Shown one piece after another: positions 39,217-48,582 of a stretch of DNA of 64,000 bases; the first letter of the stretch is position 1; each line of letters opens with the position of its first letter. Both the position numbers and the translations under genes were made by a program. This DNA is from Candidatus Xenobia bacterium (GTDB lineage Bacteria > Vulcanimicrobiota > Xenobia > Xenobiales > QWHO01), in NCBI GenBank assembly GCA_045863235.1, contig BTUM01000015.1, forward strand, positions 32,001-96,000. The letters are read 5' to 3'. Under the pieces are notes generated by a model. That model saw only the letters and a program-made list of their open reading frames with translations. It was not told the DNA's origin and searched no databases.

Positions 39217-40274
39217 GCAAACTGGCGTTGCTCTGCGGAGCCGCCCTCCTCACGGGGGGCGTTCTCTTTGCGGTGATGCCTGAGCACTGTCCCGAGAACC
39301 GGTCCGCTCCCCAGCTCTTGATGGAGGCAGCCCGCAATCCGAAGGCCGTCTTCCAGGCCCAGCAGACCTCCTCGGTGGTGGCCGACGGCCAGCGCGAGGA
39401 CGTTCAGGCCCGGGTCTCCCGAAGCGGCGAGTCGGTGCGCTTCGAGTACACCGCCCGGCCGGGTCAGCCGGCCCGGGTGGTGCTCGAGCGGCCCGAGGCG
39501 GTTTACGTCTTCTGGCCCACGGTGAAGGAGGGCTGGCACATTCCCCGTCGGCCCGGAAGCAACCGGCCGGTGGCCTGTCTGCAGCTCTGCTCCACCAACT
39601 ACCGCTGGGAGAGCCAGCCGGTGGAAGGGGGACTGCTCTCCTTGACCGCTTTCCGCCGCCGCGACAACCGCATGACCCGGCGCTACTGGGTGCAGCCGGC
39701 TCGCCAGGTGGTGGTGGGGATGCAGTCCTACGGCTCGGACGGCCAGCCAGACTCGGGCTGGAAGCTCACCGCCATCGAGTTCAAAGAGTCCTTGCCGGCT
39801 GAGCTGTTCGAGCCTCCCACCACGGTGCGCCCGGCCCTGGAGGTCGAGCATCCCCAGTCGGCCGCTTCGCTCGAGGAAGCCGCCGCCCGCGTGGGCTTCA
39901 CGCCAGAGATTCCCAACTGGCTCCCGGAAGGTTACCAGCTCGTGGAGCTCTGGTCGGAGAAGGTGCAGGGCCGTCCATCGGTGCGGCTGGTCTACTCCGA
40001 TGGCCTGGAGACCTTCTCTCTTCTGCAGGCCCGTCATACCGGCGAGTCGACCGGGGACGAGAGCCTGGTGGAGGTCGCCCGCAGCCGCCAGATGGAGCTT
40101 TTGCAGTGGTCCGACGGGCAGCTGGACTACACCCTGATGGGCAGCGTCTCCAACCAGGCTCCCCGCGAGCTGGCTCGCCAGCTGGTGCAGGGCGAGACCG
40201 CTCCGGTCGAGCCGGAGCGGGGCGTTCTGCCCATCTGGCAGCGCGGCTGGGAGAGGCTGGGCAGCCTGTTCTGA
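39213..40274 (+). CDS. MucB/RseB (LolA-like) sigma regulatory protein
   Basis: N-terminal anchor; RFEYT, LPAELFEPP, PNWLPEGY, YSDGLETFSL. Confidence 0.8.
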   Translation: MSKLALLCGAALLTGGVLFAVMPEHCPENRSAPQLLMEAARNPKAVFQAQQTSSVVADGQREDVQARVSRSGESVRFEYTARPGQPARVVLERPEAVYVFWPTVKEGWHIPRRPGSNRPVACLQLCSTNYRWESQPVEGGLLSLTAFRRRDNRMTRRYWVQPARQVVVGMQSYGSDGQPDSGWKLTAIEFKESLPAELFEPPTTVRPALEVEHPQSAASLEEAAARVGFTPEIPNWLPEGYQLVELWSEKVQGRPSVRLVYSDGLETFSLLQARHTGESTGDESLVEVARSRQMELLQWSDGQLDYTLMGSVSNQAPRELARQLVQGETAPVEPERGVLPIWQRGWERLGSLF

Positions 40275-41584
40275 GCAGACTGGCCCATCTTTTCGATCGG
40301 GCACTGTTTCACGAGTCCTGGGCCTGTGAGGCGCTGGCTCGCGAGCTGGCTCAAGCTCAGCCGCTGGAAGTCATCGGCATCGACCGTGAGTTGCGCCGCT
40401 GCTATGCTCCCTGCACGGTTCTGGGAGTCGAGCGTTTCTTGCTCGAGCCTGAGGCGCTCTGGTTGCTGGCCGCCTTGAGCTGTCATCGCAGTGGCTACGT
40501 GCGGGCCGCCGCTCTGGGTCACCTGGCTGAGCTGGACGGTGACGGCTGGGCCCTGCCCTTCGCGCTGGTACGCCTCAACGACTGGGTTCCGGCCGTGCGC
40601 GCCCGGGCCCTGGACCTGGTTCAGTCTCACCTGGTGCCTGAGCGCAGCGGGCGCTGGCTCGAGTGCCTGCCTCTGGTGATGCGCCTGGAGAGCTGGACTC
40701 GGGCTGACCACTCGGCCATCCGCCGACAGATCCTGGAGAGCCTGCCGGTGGAGCAGCTCTGGACGGCGCTCGAAAGCCCGGAACGGCTGCTGCGCCGGGC
40801 GCTTTATCCAGCGCTGCTGGAGCGCGGTCAGCGTGAGGAAGTGTTGGCGCGTGCTCTCTCCGACCCCGACCTGGTCATCCGCCTCTGGGCCTGCCGCCAA
40901 GAGCCCCACAGTGACGAGCTCTTAGAACAGATGCTGGCTTCCACTTCGGCAGCCGTGCGCACGCGCGGCTTGCTCCAGTGGGGTCGCAGCCACCCGGTGC
41001 CGGGGTGGGCCCGGTTCGATCCCAGTCCCAGCGTGCGCCAGGTGGCCCGCTACCTGGAGCCCTCGCTGGACTATCGCGGGCTATACCGCCAGGCCATCGC
41101 CGAGGGCAGACAGCTGGAGGTTTCCCTGGCTGCCCTGGTCAACTGCGGGCGCCGCGAGGACGCCGAGCTTGGGCGAGCGCTGCTCGACCATCCCCGTCCT
41201 CGGGTTCGTCGCCGGGCGCTGGAGTTGATCGCCGCCCTGGACCTGGACCGCTCGCTCGAGCTGTTGCTCGAGCGCGGGGCCTATCGGGCCCTGGCTCCCG
41301 TGGCGGGCCGGCTGGATCCGGCCGACCTCTTCGCCCGTCTGACTCCCCAGAACGCGGCCCCACTCCTGGCCCTGCTGCGCCAGGGCTCCAAGTGGACAGG
41401 CCTGCGCTACCTGTTGCAGGCCGCGCCCAGATACCATGATGAGGTGGAGCGCGAGCTGGCGGTCTGGCTCAAGCAGTACAACTTGCGCCAGATCCCCCCC
41501 ACCCGGGAGGAGCTGGCCGCCTGTCGCGCCGCTCTGGGACCGGGTCGGCCCGAGCTGCGATCGGTGCTGGAAGGCTGGGGCTGA
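40271..41584 (+). CDS. HEAT-repeat protein (start uncertain; possible CTG)
   Basis: HRSGYVRAAA, RLNDWVPAVR, DPDLVIR, DPSPSVR, DHPRPRVR. Confidence 0.75.
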   Translation: MSRLAHLFDRALFHESWACEALARELAQAQPLEVIGIDRELRRCYAPCTVLGVERFLLEPEALWLLAALSCHRSGYVRAAALGHLAELDGDGWALPFALVRLNDWVPAVRARALDLVQSHLVPERSGRWLECLPLVMRLESWTRADHSAIRRQILESLPVEQLWTALESPERLLRRALYPALLERGQREEVLARALSDPDLVIRLWACRQEPHSDELLEQMLASTSAAVRTRGLLQWGRSHPVPGWARFDPSPSVRQVARYLEPSLDYRGLYRQAIAEGRQLEVSLAALVNCGRREDAELGRALLDHPRPRVRRRALELIAALDLDRSLELLLERGAYRALAPVAGRLDPADLFARLTPQNAAPLLALLRQGSKWTGLRYLLQAAPRYHDEVERELAVWLKQYNLRQIPPTREELAACRAALGPGRPELRSVLEGWG

Positions 41585-41636
41585 CCGGTCCACAGTCTTT
41601 GAGGGCTCTTTGAGCCTGCTTCGTTAGACTCCAGGG

Positions 41637-43799
41637 ATGGACCTCACCCCCGTCCGTCTGTCCGGTCTGCCCGTCGCCCGCCCTCAGGGCACGGTGGCTT
41701 CGTCCCTGCCCGTGGGAAACCCCGACCAGGTGGCCCCGGCGCGCACTCTTGAGAAGCTGGGCAAGCCCCGAGCGGCTCGGCCCTCCTGGCTGCGCCGTCT
41801 GGCCGGGGCTGCCGTCTGGACGGCCGTGGGCGTCAGTCTGGCGGCCGGCTCGCTGGGGGTCATCGGGTATGTGGGCAATCCGGCTCTGCGGGAGCAGCCG
41901 GCCGTGTCGGTGCTGGCAGATCAGAATCCGGCAGCCACCCCCACCACTCCCGGGCCGGCCCCGCGGCCACTCCCGCCGCCTTCGATGCGCGTGGCCGTCG
42001 ACCGCGTGGCGGTGGTGATCCCCGGCTCCACCCTCTCGCGCATCGCCGGCCAGGCCCAGCAGAGCCCGCTGGCCCACAAGTTCTTGCAGGAGCGTGCCCT
42101 GGAGGCTCAGCAGTCGCTCAGCCAGGTGTTGTCCGAGCAGCAGGCTCCCGAGGGCCACATTTTGCTCGACGCCCGCCTGCCTCTCCCTACCGGCGAGCGC
42201 GCCTTTTTCCACGTGGGGCCGGTGAATCTGCCCTCGCTGGGGGTCAGCAACTTCGAGTTTCGGGAGGTTCCCCTGGTGGTCGGCTACCGGGTCAGCCCGC
42301 TGGCGCCATCCCTCAAGGTGGGGCTGGAGACCTTCCAGGCCGAGGCTCCTCCGCGCCCCGCCTCGCTGGGGGCGGAAGGAGTCTACCTGGGCTCGGTGCG
42401 CGTTTCGGTGAGCCCCCGGCAGAGCAGCCTGCCGGTGGAGGGCAGCCTCAGCTTGAGCCTGGATCAGGATGGCTCGGCCCTGCGAGAGCAACTCGGCGAG
42501 TTGCAGGGCAAACTGAAGGCGGTTGCGCCGGGGTCGCCCCGGGCGCTCCAGCTCGAGAAGCTGATCGCTCGTCACCAGCACCTGCTCGAGCAGGGTCGTA
42601 GCCTGCCCGACCGCGAGCTGGTGCGAGCCGCCTTCGGAGATCAGCAAGTGGCCTTCAAGGCCAGCCTCGAGGCCGGTCCGGATGCCCTGGCGCGGGCCAC
42701 CTACCACGTCTGGATGGGGCGGGACGTGACCGGGGACGGTCGCTCCGACCTGCATCTCACCAGCGAAAATGACTTTAGCCGTCTGGAAGGGCTCAAGGTC
42801 GAGCTCCACGAGTTGCACGGCCAGGGTCAGCGACCCGACGGCTTCCTGCCCGGCCTGGTTCACGAGCAGGTCGAGAAAGCCTTTACCCAGGCGATTCGAA
42901 AGGCGCTTCCGGACGCAACCGACAGTCTCCGCCGGGCCGCCATCGAGCGGCTGGGAGCCGAGCTCGAGAAGGGCAACCCCTGGGTGGCCGAGCAGGGCAA
43001 CCAGGCCCTGGCCCGCGGTTACGCCGAAGGGGTGGAGATGCAGGTGCCACCCCTGGCCGGAACGGGCGGAAGGGAGCTGCACTATGGCGTGGGCAAGGTA
43101 CAGGTTGGGGCTCAGGGGATGCTGGTGGAGATGGGTGCGCCTTCCAAGGCCAGCCAGCAGGAGGTGAGCCTGCCCTTCAGCCTCAAGCCGGGCGAGGTCG
43201 GCTTGCGTCTGCCGGGTGAGGAGCTGAATGCGCGCCTGCGCGACACGATCGACTGGCAGAGCCTGCTCAACCAGATGCGGAAGGCGCAGGGACTGAAGGA
43301 GCTGAGCTTCGGGCCGGGCGGCCAGCCTCGCTTCATCTATGACCGGACCAGCGGCAAGCCGGCCATCACCTTCGACATTCGGGCCAGAAGCGAGGGGGCC
43401 GTCTTCTTCGATGCCAAGGTCAATACGGGCGTGGTGGTGCCGCTCGAGCTGAAGGCCCACCAGGGAAAGCTTGAAGTCAAGCCTGTCGCCGACGGAGTGC
43501 GGATGACCAATCCGAAAGAGCCGCTGCCTTTCGATCCGACCGATCTGTTGCCCACTCGACTGCTGTCCAACCTGATCGCCAGTATCGTGGCCCAGTCACA
43601 GGCTTCCAACAGTCTGGCCGGTCAGTTGAAGAATGGCTTGAGCGTCAGCCTGGAGGATAAGGGGCTGGATTTTCTGGAGGTCAGCGCCCAGCCCAGGGGC
43701 CAGGGCGCTCCCGACCTGGCTGTCAAGCTGAAATCGTCTCGGGAAACCTCCGAGTTCTTGTTGCGGACGATGCTGGAAGGGGTTAAAACAACCCGCTGA
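41637..43799 (+). CDS. Large membrane-anchored hypothetical protein
   Basis: TAGACT-6 nt-ATG; disordered N-terminus, one TM, long beta-rich body. Confidence 0.8.
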   Translation: MDLTPVRLSGLPVARPQGTVASSLPVGNPDQVAPARTLEKLGKPRAARPSWLRRLAGAAVWTAVGVSLAAGSLGVIGYVGNPALREQPAVSVLADQNPAATPTTPGPAPRPLPPPSMRVAVDRVAVVIPGSTLSRIAGQAQQSPLAHKFLQERALEAQQSLSQVLSEQQAPEGHILLDARLPLPTGERAFFHVGPVNLPSLGVSNFEFREVPLVVGYRVSPLAPSLKVGLETFQAEAPPRPASLGAEGVYLGSVRVSVSPRQSSLPVEGSLSLSLDQDGSALREQLGELQGKLKAVAPGSPRALQLEKLIARHQHLLEQGRSLPDRELVRAAFGDQQVAFKASLEAGPDALARATYHVWMGRDVTGDGRSDLHLTSENDFSRLEGLKVELHELHGQGQRPDGFLPGLVHEQVEKAFTQAIRKALPDATDSLRRAAIERLGAELEKGNPWVAEQGNQALARGYAEGVEMQVPPLAGTGGRELHYGVGKVQVGAQGMLVEMGAPSKASQQEVSLPFSLKPGEVGLRLPGEELNARLRDTIDWQSLLNQMRKAQGLKELSFGPGGQPRFIYDRTSGKPAITFDIRARSEGAVFFDAKVNTGVVVPLELKAHQGKLEVKPVADGVRMTNPKEPLPFDPTDLLPTRLLSNLIASIVAQSQASNSLAGQLKNGLSVSLEDKGLDFLEVSAQPRGQGAPDLAVKLKSSRETSEFLLRTMLEGVKTTR

Positions 43800-45399
43800 T
43801 GCGCCCTCTCTCGTCCACGTCGATGGCCAGGGCCGAAGGCTTCTTGGGCAGACCCGGCATGGTCATGATCGAGCCCGTGTAGATTACCACGAAGCCCGCC
43901 CCGGCGGAGACCCGGGCCCCGTTGACGCTGATCTTGAAGCCCCGCGGCCGTCCGCTCAAAGCCGGATTGTCCGACAGCGAGGCCGGGGTCTTGGCGACGC
44001 AAACCGGCAGCTGGCCGTAGCCCAGCTCCTCGATGCGCTTGAGCTGGCGCTGGGCCAGCGAGCTGAAATCGACTCCGTCCGCCCCGTAGAGTCGGGTGGC
44101 CAGCAGCTCGACTTTGGCCGCCAGGGGGAGGTCGAGCTCGTAGAGGAAACGGAACTGCGAGGGCTGCTCGCAGGCTCGGACCACCTGCTCGGCCAGCTCG
44201 GTTCCACCTGCCCCCCCCTTCTCGCGAAAGTCGGTGACGACGGCCACAGCCCCCAGATCGGCACACTCTCTTTGCAGGTGGGCCACCTGCTCGTCAGTGT
44301 CATCCAGGAAGCGGTTGATCGAGATTAGCACAGGAATGCCGTAGCCGCTCAGGTTCTCGACGTGCTTTTGCACGTTCTCGATGCCGTGCAGCTCGTGGGC
44401 CCGGCGGGTGACCACCAGCACGGCCGCCGATGGGGTGAGCCGGCCGGCCCGGCACTTGATGTGCATGAACTTCTCGGCCCCCAGGTCGGCCCCGAAGCCG
44501 GCCTCGGTCACCACGTAGTTGGCCAGCTTGCGGGCCAGCCGCGTGGCGATCAGGGTGTTGCAGCCGTGGGCGATGTTGGCGAAGGGGCCCCCGTGCACGA
44601 AGACGGGCGTGCCTTCGATGGTCTGCACCAGATTGGGGTGGATGGCGTGCTTCATGAGCGCCGCCATGGCTCCCTGCACCCCGAGCTGGGCGGCAAAAAC
44701 TGGCTTCTTGAGTGAGTCGTAGCCCAGAATGATGCGGCCGATCCGCTCCTTGAGCTCGGCCAGGCTGTTGGACAACCCCCAGATAGCCATGATCTCGGAG
44801 GCGGCCGTGATCTCGAAGCCGTCTTCTCGCAGCACGCCGTTGACCCCGTTGCCCTCCAGGCCGATCAGGATGGAGCGCAGGGCGCGGTCATTCATGTCCA
44901 TCACCCGCTTCCAGACCACGTTGCGCGGGTCGATAGCGGGCTCGGACCGCTGGTGGAGATGGTTGTCAAGCACGGCCGAAAGCAGGTTGTGGGTGGTCGA
45001 GACGGCGTGGATGTCGCCCGTGAAGTGGAGGTTGATCTCCTCCATGGGCAGCACCTGCGACCAGCCGCCCCCCGCCGCCCCGCCCTTGACGCCCATGCAC
45101 GGGCCCAGCGAGGGCTCGCGGATGGCCGCCATGGTCTTCTTGCCGATCTTGCTCAGGGCCTGGGCCAGCCCGATGGTGTTGGTGGTCTTCCCCTCGCCGG
45201 CGCTGGTGGGGGTCATGGCGCTGACCAGGATCAGCTTGCCATCGGGCCGGTCGGCCAGCTCGTCGAGCAGGGTCACGGGTATCTTGGCGATGTGGTGGCC
45301 GTAGGGAAGGATGCGCTCGGCCGAAAGACCCAGCCGCTCGGCGATCTCGAGGATGGGCCGGGGCTCGACCGATTGGGCGATGTCGATGTCCGTTCTCAC
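43783..45399 (-). CDS. fhs: Formate--tetrahydrofolate ligase
   Basis: GEGKTT, KGGAAGGG, INLHFTGD, HGGPFANIAHG, TEAGFGADLG, TMPGLP. Confidence 0.97.
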   Translation of the reverse strand: MRTDIDIAQSVEPRPILEIAERLGLSAERILPYGHHIAKIPVTLLDELADRPDGKLILVSAMTPTSAGEGKTTNTIGLAQALSKIGKKTMAAIREPSLGPCMGVKGGAAGGGWSQVLPMEEINLHFTGDIHAVSTTHNLLSAVLDNHLHQRSEPAIDPRNVVWKRVMDMNDRALRSILIGLEGNGVNGVLREDGFEITAASEIMAIWGLSNSLAELKERIGRIILGYDSLKKPVFAAQLGVQGAMAALMKHAIHPNLVQTIEGTPVFVHGGPFANIAHGCNTLIATRLARKLANYVVTEAGFGADLGAEKFMHIKCRAGRLTPSAAVLVVTRRAHELHGIENVQKHVENLSGYGIPVLISINRFLDDTDEQVAHLQRECADLGAVAVVTDFREKGGAGGTELAEQVVRACEQPSQFRFLYELDLPLAAKVELLATRLYGADGVDFSSLAQRQLKRIEELGYGQLPVCVAKTPASLSDNPALSGRPRGFKISVNGARVSAGAGFVVIYTGSIMTMPGLPKKPSALAIDVDERGRISGLF

Positions 45400-46496
45400 G
45401 GCGAACGCAGCTCCCCGAAGCCGGCCAGCAGTCCGCTCAGGCTCTCGCGGCTGAGCACGTGCGAGTTGAGCAGCTCGAGCAGCAACCGCATGTCGAGCTC
45501 CAGGCGCAAACCCAGAGGCCAGCTGTCCCCGGGCTCGTCGGATAGAACCAGCACGTGGGCTGCGTCCAGTCCCTGTTGGGCCAGAAAGTCGGCCGGGGAA
45601 GGGGGAAGTCGAACCTGCCCCGTCAGGGTCTGCGAGTCGTCGTCCACCGCCAGGACCCCGCCCCGGGCCGCTTCCAGGCCGAGGCGCTCGCGCAGCACCT
45701 CGGCAAAAGGAGTGAAGGCCTGACTCAGCAGCATGGTGCCAAAGCCCATGCGCCTGAGACTCTGGATCAATTCGGCGCTGTCGCGCGACACGTGCAGGCT
45801 GGACACGACTTGCTCCAGGGCCGCCAGCGGTAACCCCTCCAACCGGCCGGCAGCGGCCAGCAGGCTGTTCGGGATGTCTTGCAGGCGGGCCTGCTCGCGC
45901 ACTTCGGCCAGCTCCGGACGAGCGAGCAGGCTGCCCTTGAGGTGCAGCAGAAGGGTGCGCGGACGCGGATTGAAGACGTTGCGACGCTGGAACATGGTGG
46001 CGATCCCCATGGCCGCCATGTGCTCCTTGACCGTGCTCTCGAGGTTCTCGGGCGGCAGAGAGGAGTGGCTTACGTCGGTCATCAGCTCCATCAAGAAGAT
46101 GCCCTCGCGGGCGATCATCCGCGAGAACTCGATGTTGATCTTGTGGGCGCTCAGGTCACGCGATACGGTGGCGATGATGCCCGGCCGATCGCGTCCGAGC
46201 AACGTGAGTCGCAGATTGCGCGATTCGCTCGGGCGAGCAGAGGGTACGTAGCGCGAGACGTGCAGGTCGAGCCCGGTATCCTCGCTGATCCGGGCCACCA
46301 GGGCCTTGAGCTGCTCCAGACGTAGCTCGGTAGCGCTGGCGTCCACCACCAGGTAGACGGTGAAGAGCCCGTGCAGCGAGTCCTGGCGCAGGTCGATCAG
46401 GTTGGCGCCCAGCTCCGCCAGGGGAGCGGCCATGCGCTCCACCAGTCCTACCGCGTCATTGCCGGCGCCATAGACAGCATACAGCTTGTCGTTCAT
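45396..46496 (-). CDS. Tandem-ACT protein with degenerate SerB-like HAD domain
   Basis: Two ACT domains (GND.VGL, GRDRPGII); SerB-like body (LEGLP, LRRMG...LLS.AF..F, LTGQV) lacking DxD. Confidence 0.8.
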   Translation of the reverse strand: MNDKLYAVYGAGNDAVGLVERMAAPLAELGANLIDLRQDSLHGLFTVYLVVDASATELRLEQLKALVARISEDTGLDLHVSRYVPSARPSESRNLRLTLLGRDRPGIIATVSRDLSAHKINIEFSRMIAREGIFLMELMTDVSHSSLPPENLESTVKEHMAAMGIATMFQRRNVFNPRPRTLLLHLKGSLLARPELAEVREQARLQDIPNSLLAAAGRLEGLPLAALEQVVSSLHVSRDSAELIQSLRRMGFGTMLLSQAFTPFAEVLRERLGLEAARGGVLAVDDDSQTLTGQVRLPPSPADFLAQQGLDAAHVLVLSDEPGDSWPLGLRLELDMRLLLELLNSHVLSRESLSGLLAGFGELRSP

Positions 46497-46546
46497 AGTC
46501 CCTCCCGAGCCTGGCTTCGACTCGGCCTTCGCCGCCCGACGGCAGC

Positions 46547-46584
46547 TTGCCCTCTCCTGATAGATAGTGTATAATAAACACGAA
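46547..46584 (+). promoter_or_regulatory. sigma70 promoter overlapped by an NrtR-like operator
   Basis: TTGCCC-17 nt-TATAAT(46570-46575); 21-bp dyad ATAGTGT-ATAATAA-ACACGAA (46564-46584) with GT-N7-AC core. Confidence 0.7.
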
Positions 46585-46601
46585 ATCAAAAGGGAGGTTG
46601 C

Positions 46602-48452
46602 TTGAACGTGATCTTCGACCACTTGATGCAGACAGGCTGGATGCCCTTGAAGGACACTCCCCCCGTTCCGCGGCCCCTGCTGCCCGACCCCGACCGCCTG
46701 CGGGGAATGTTGTGGGGGCTGTACCTGGGTGACGCGCTGGGAAATCCCAGCGAGAGCCAGCCCCCCCTGACTCGGAGAGCTCGCTTCGGTCAGTTGCACA
46801 CTTTTCTCGGCGAGCGCGGCCGAGCTTCCGACGACAGCCAGCTGGCCTTCTGGACCCTCGAGCACCTGCTCGAGAATGAGCGCATCAAGCCCCAGAAGCT
46901 GGCTGTGCGTTTCGCCAGTGAGCCCGTCAGCGGGTTGGGACGCTCGCTGACCAGGTTTCTGGAAGGCATCAGCCGGGGGCTCCCGTGGCACGAGTGCTCG
47001 GTGGAGTCGCTGGGCAACGGCGCCTTGATGCGTATCGCCCCGGTGCTGTTGCCATTCCTGAGCCAGCCCCAGAACTTGTGGCCCAGCGTGGCCCTGGCCG
47101 CCGCGATGACCCACCGCCAGGGCGGATCGGTGGCCGCCTGCCTGGCCTACGTCGAGCTGCTGCACGGTTTACTGGAAGACCCCGATAGCCTCTCCTGCCA
47201 GCGCTTCCTGGCAACGATGGAGCGCTGCGAGCCGGACGGCCGGCTCGCCCGGTCCACTCGGCGCGCCTTCGAGGAGGCCGAGGCTCGCTCCATCCCGGTG
47301 CTGGAGATCCCTTCGGGGGCGTCTCTGGTCGAAACCCTGCCCGCCCTGCTGCTTCTGCTCGAGCGCCACGGCCACGAGAGCGAGGAGGCTGTTCTGCGGG
47401 CCGTCAACGATACCTATGACAACGACACTCTGGGCGCCCTGGTGGGAGCGGCCATGGGGGCTCGTTACGGCCTTTCGGCCTTTCCCCGGCGCTGGCTGGA
47501 GGCCCTCGAGCCTCGTGTCAGCCCGGGCTCGACGCCGGTGGCCGAGTTGATCGACCGGGCCAGCTCGCGCTGGGGAGGCCCGGCCAGACGCTCGCGACCG
47601 AGCCCATGGCAGCGCGTGCGCGATCGCCTGGGGAGCCTGCGGCTCGGCCCCCCGACCAGCTTTGGAGAGCTTCATCTCGTGCCCCTCCTGGGCGAGTCAC
47701 TGGAGCTGGAGGTCGAGCTGCTGGGGAGAGCCTCGCGCGTTCGGATCAGCGAGCTGGACGCCGTGAACGAGCTGCAGGCCGTCAATGGTGGCCCTCGACC
47801 GGTGCTCTTGCTGGAAGGCGAAGAGCTGGTCGGAGGAAGGCAGAACCGGATGCTGAGCAATCACGTTCTGATCGCCCCCAACCAGACAGTGAGGCTCTCC
47901 GTGAGCTGCGTGGAGCGGGGTCGCTGGGCTTTCAACGGCACGCGACGGGGCTTTCAACCCAGCGGTCGGCTGGCTCCGGCCACGCTCCGATCGCAGGATC
48001 AACAGCAGGTCTGGCAAGGGGTGCAAACTCGGCTGCGCCAGACCCGAACCCGTTCGAGCACCGAGGCTCTCTCGGCGGCATTCGACACACAGGAGTCTGC
48101 ACTGGAGCGGCTGCGACGCGAACTCAGGCCACTCACCGGCCAGGTGGGGATGGTTGCCCTGCTGGGCGACTCGGTGATCTCCCTGGAGCTCCTGGCTTCG
48201 CACGAGCTCTATCGGAGCGCTCACGACAAGCTGCTGGCGGCCCTGGCCCTGGAGGCCACCACCCGACCGCGCCGGGCACTGGGGGAGGGGAGGCGTTCCG
48301 TGGCGGCTCGCTTTCTGACCCGGCTTCGCTGTGTGGACAACCCTGAGCGGCGCGGCTCGGCGCTGCGCTTTCAAACGCGCGAGTTGCGAGGGAACGCTTT
48401 GCTTTATCGCAACGCGCCCCTTTGCCTGTCCGCCTTCCCGGTTCAGCGGTAG
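46602..48452 (+). CDS. ADP-ribosylglycohydrolase fused to ARPP-1/DUF6569-like domain
   Basis: GDALG..E, SDD, GNGALMRIAP, TH, DNDT..A..GA..GA; C-terminal LLLEGEELVGGRQNR, VSCVERGRW, QQQVW. Confidence 0.88.
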   Translation: MNVIFDHLMQTGWMPLKDTPPVPRPLLPDPDRLRGMLWGLYLGDALGNPSESQPPLTRRARFGQLHTFLGERGRASDDSQLAFWTLEHLLENERIKPQKLAVRFASEPVSGLGRSLTRFLEGISRGLPWHECSVESLGNGALMRIAPVLLPFLSQPQNLWPSVALAAAMTHRQGGSVAACLAYVELLHGLLEDPDSLSCQRFLATMERCEPDGRLARSTRRAFEEAEARSIPVLEIPSGASLVETLPALLLLLERHGHESEEAVLRAVNDTYDNDTLGALVGAAMGARYGLSAFPRRWLEALEPRVSPGSTPVAELIDRASSRWGGPARRSRPSPWQRVRDRLGSLRLGPPTSFGELHLVPLLGESLELEVELLGRASRVRISELDAVNELQAVNGGPRPVLLLEGEELVGGRQNRMLSNHVLIAPNQTVRLSVSCVERGRWAFNGTRRGFQPSGRLAPATLRSQDQQQVWQGVQTRLRQTRTRSSTEALSAAFDTQESALERLRRELRPLTGQVGMVALLGDSVISLELLASHELYRSAHDKLLAALALEATTRPRRALGEGRRSVAARFLTRLRCVDNPERRGSALRFQTRELRGNALLYRNAPLCLSAFPVQR

Positions 48453-48582
48453 GAGAAGCGGCCGAAATCCCTCGGCCGGCAGATCAAGGGAGGACCGGCT
48501 GCAGGCTTCTGGGTCGTGCGGCCGGTCCTCCAGGTAGCACACCGACAGAGGGTTGCCGGCGCGGACATCCAAAACCATCCGC

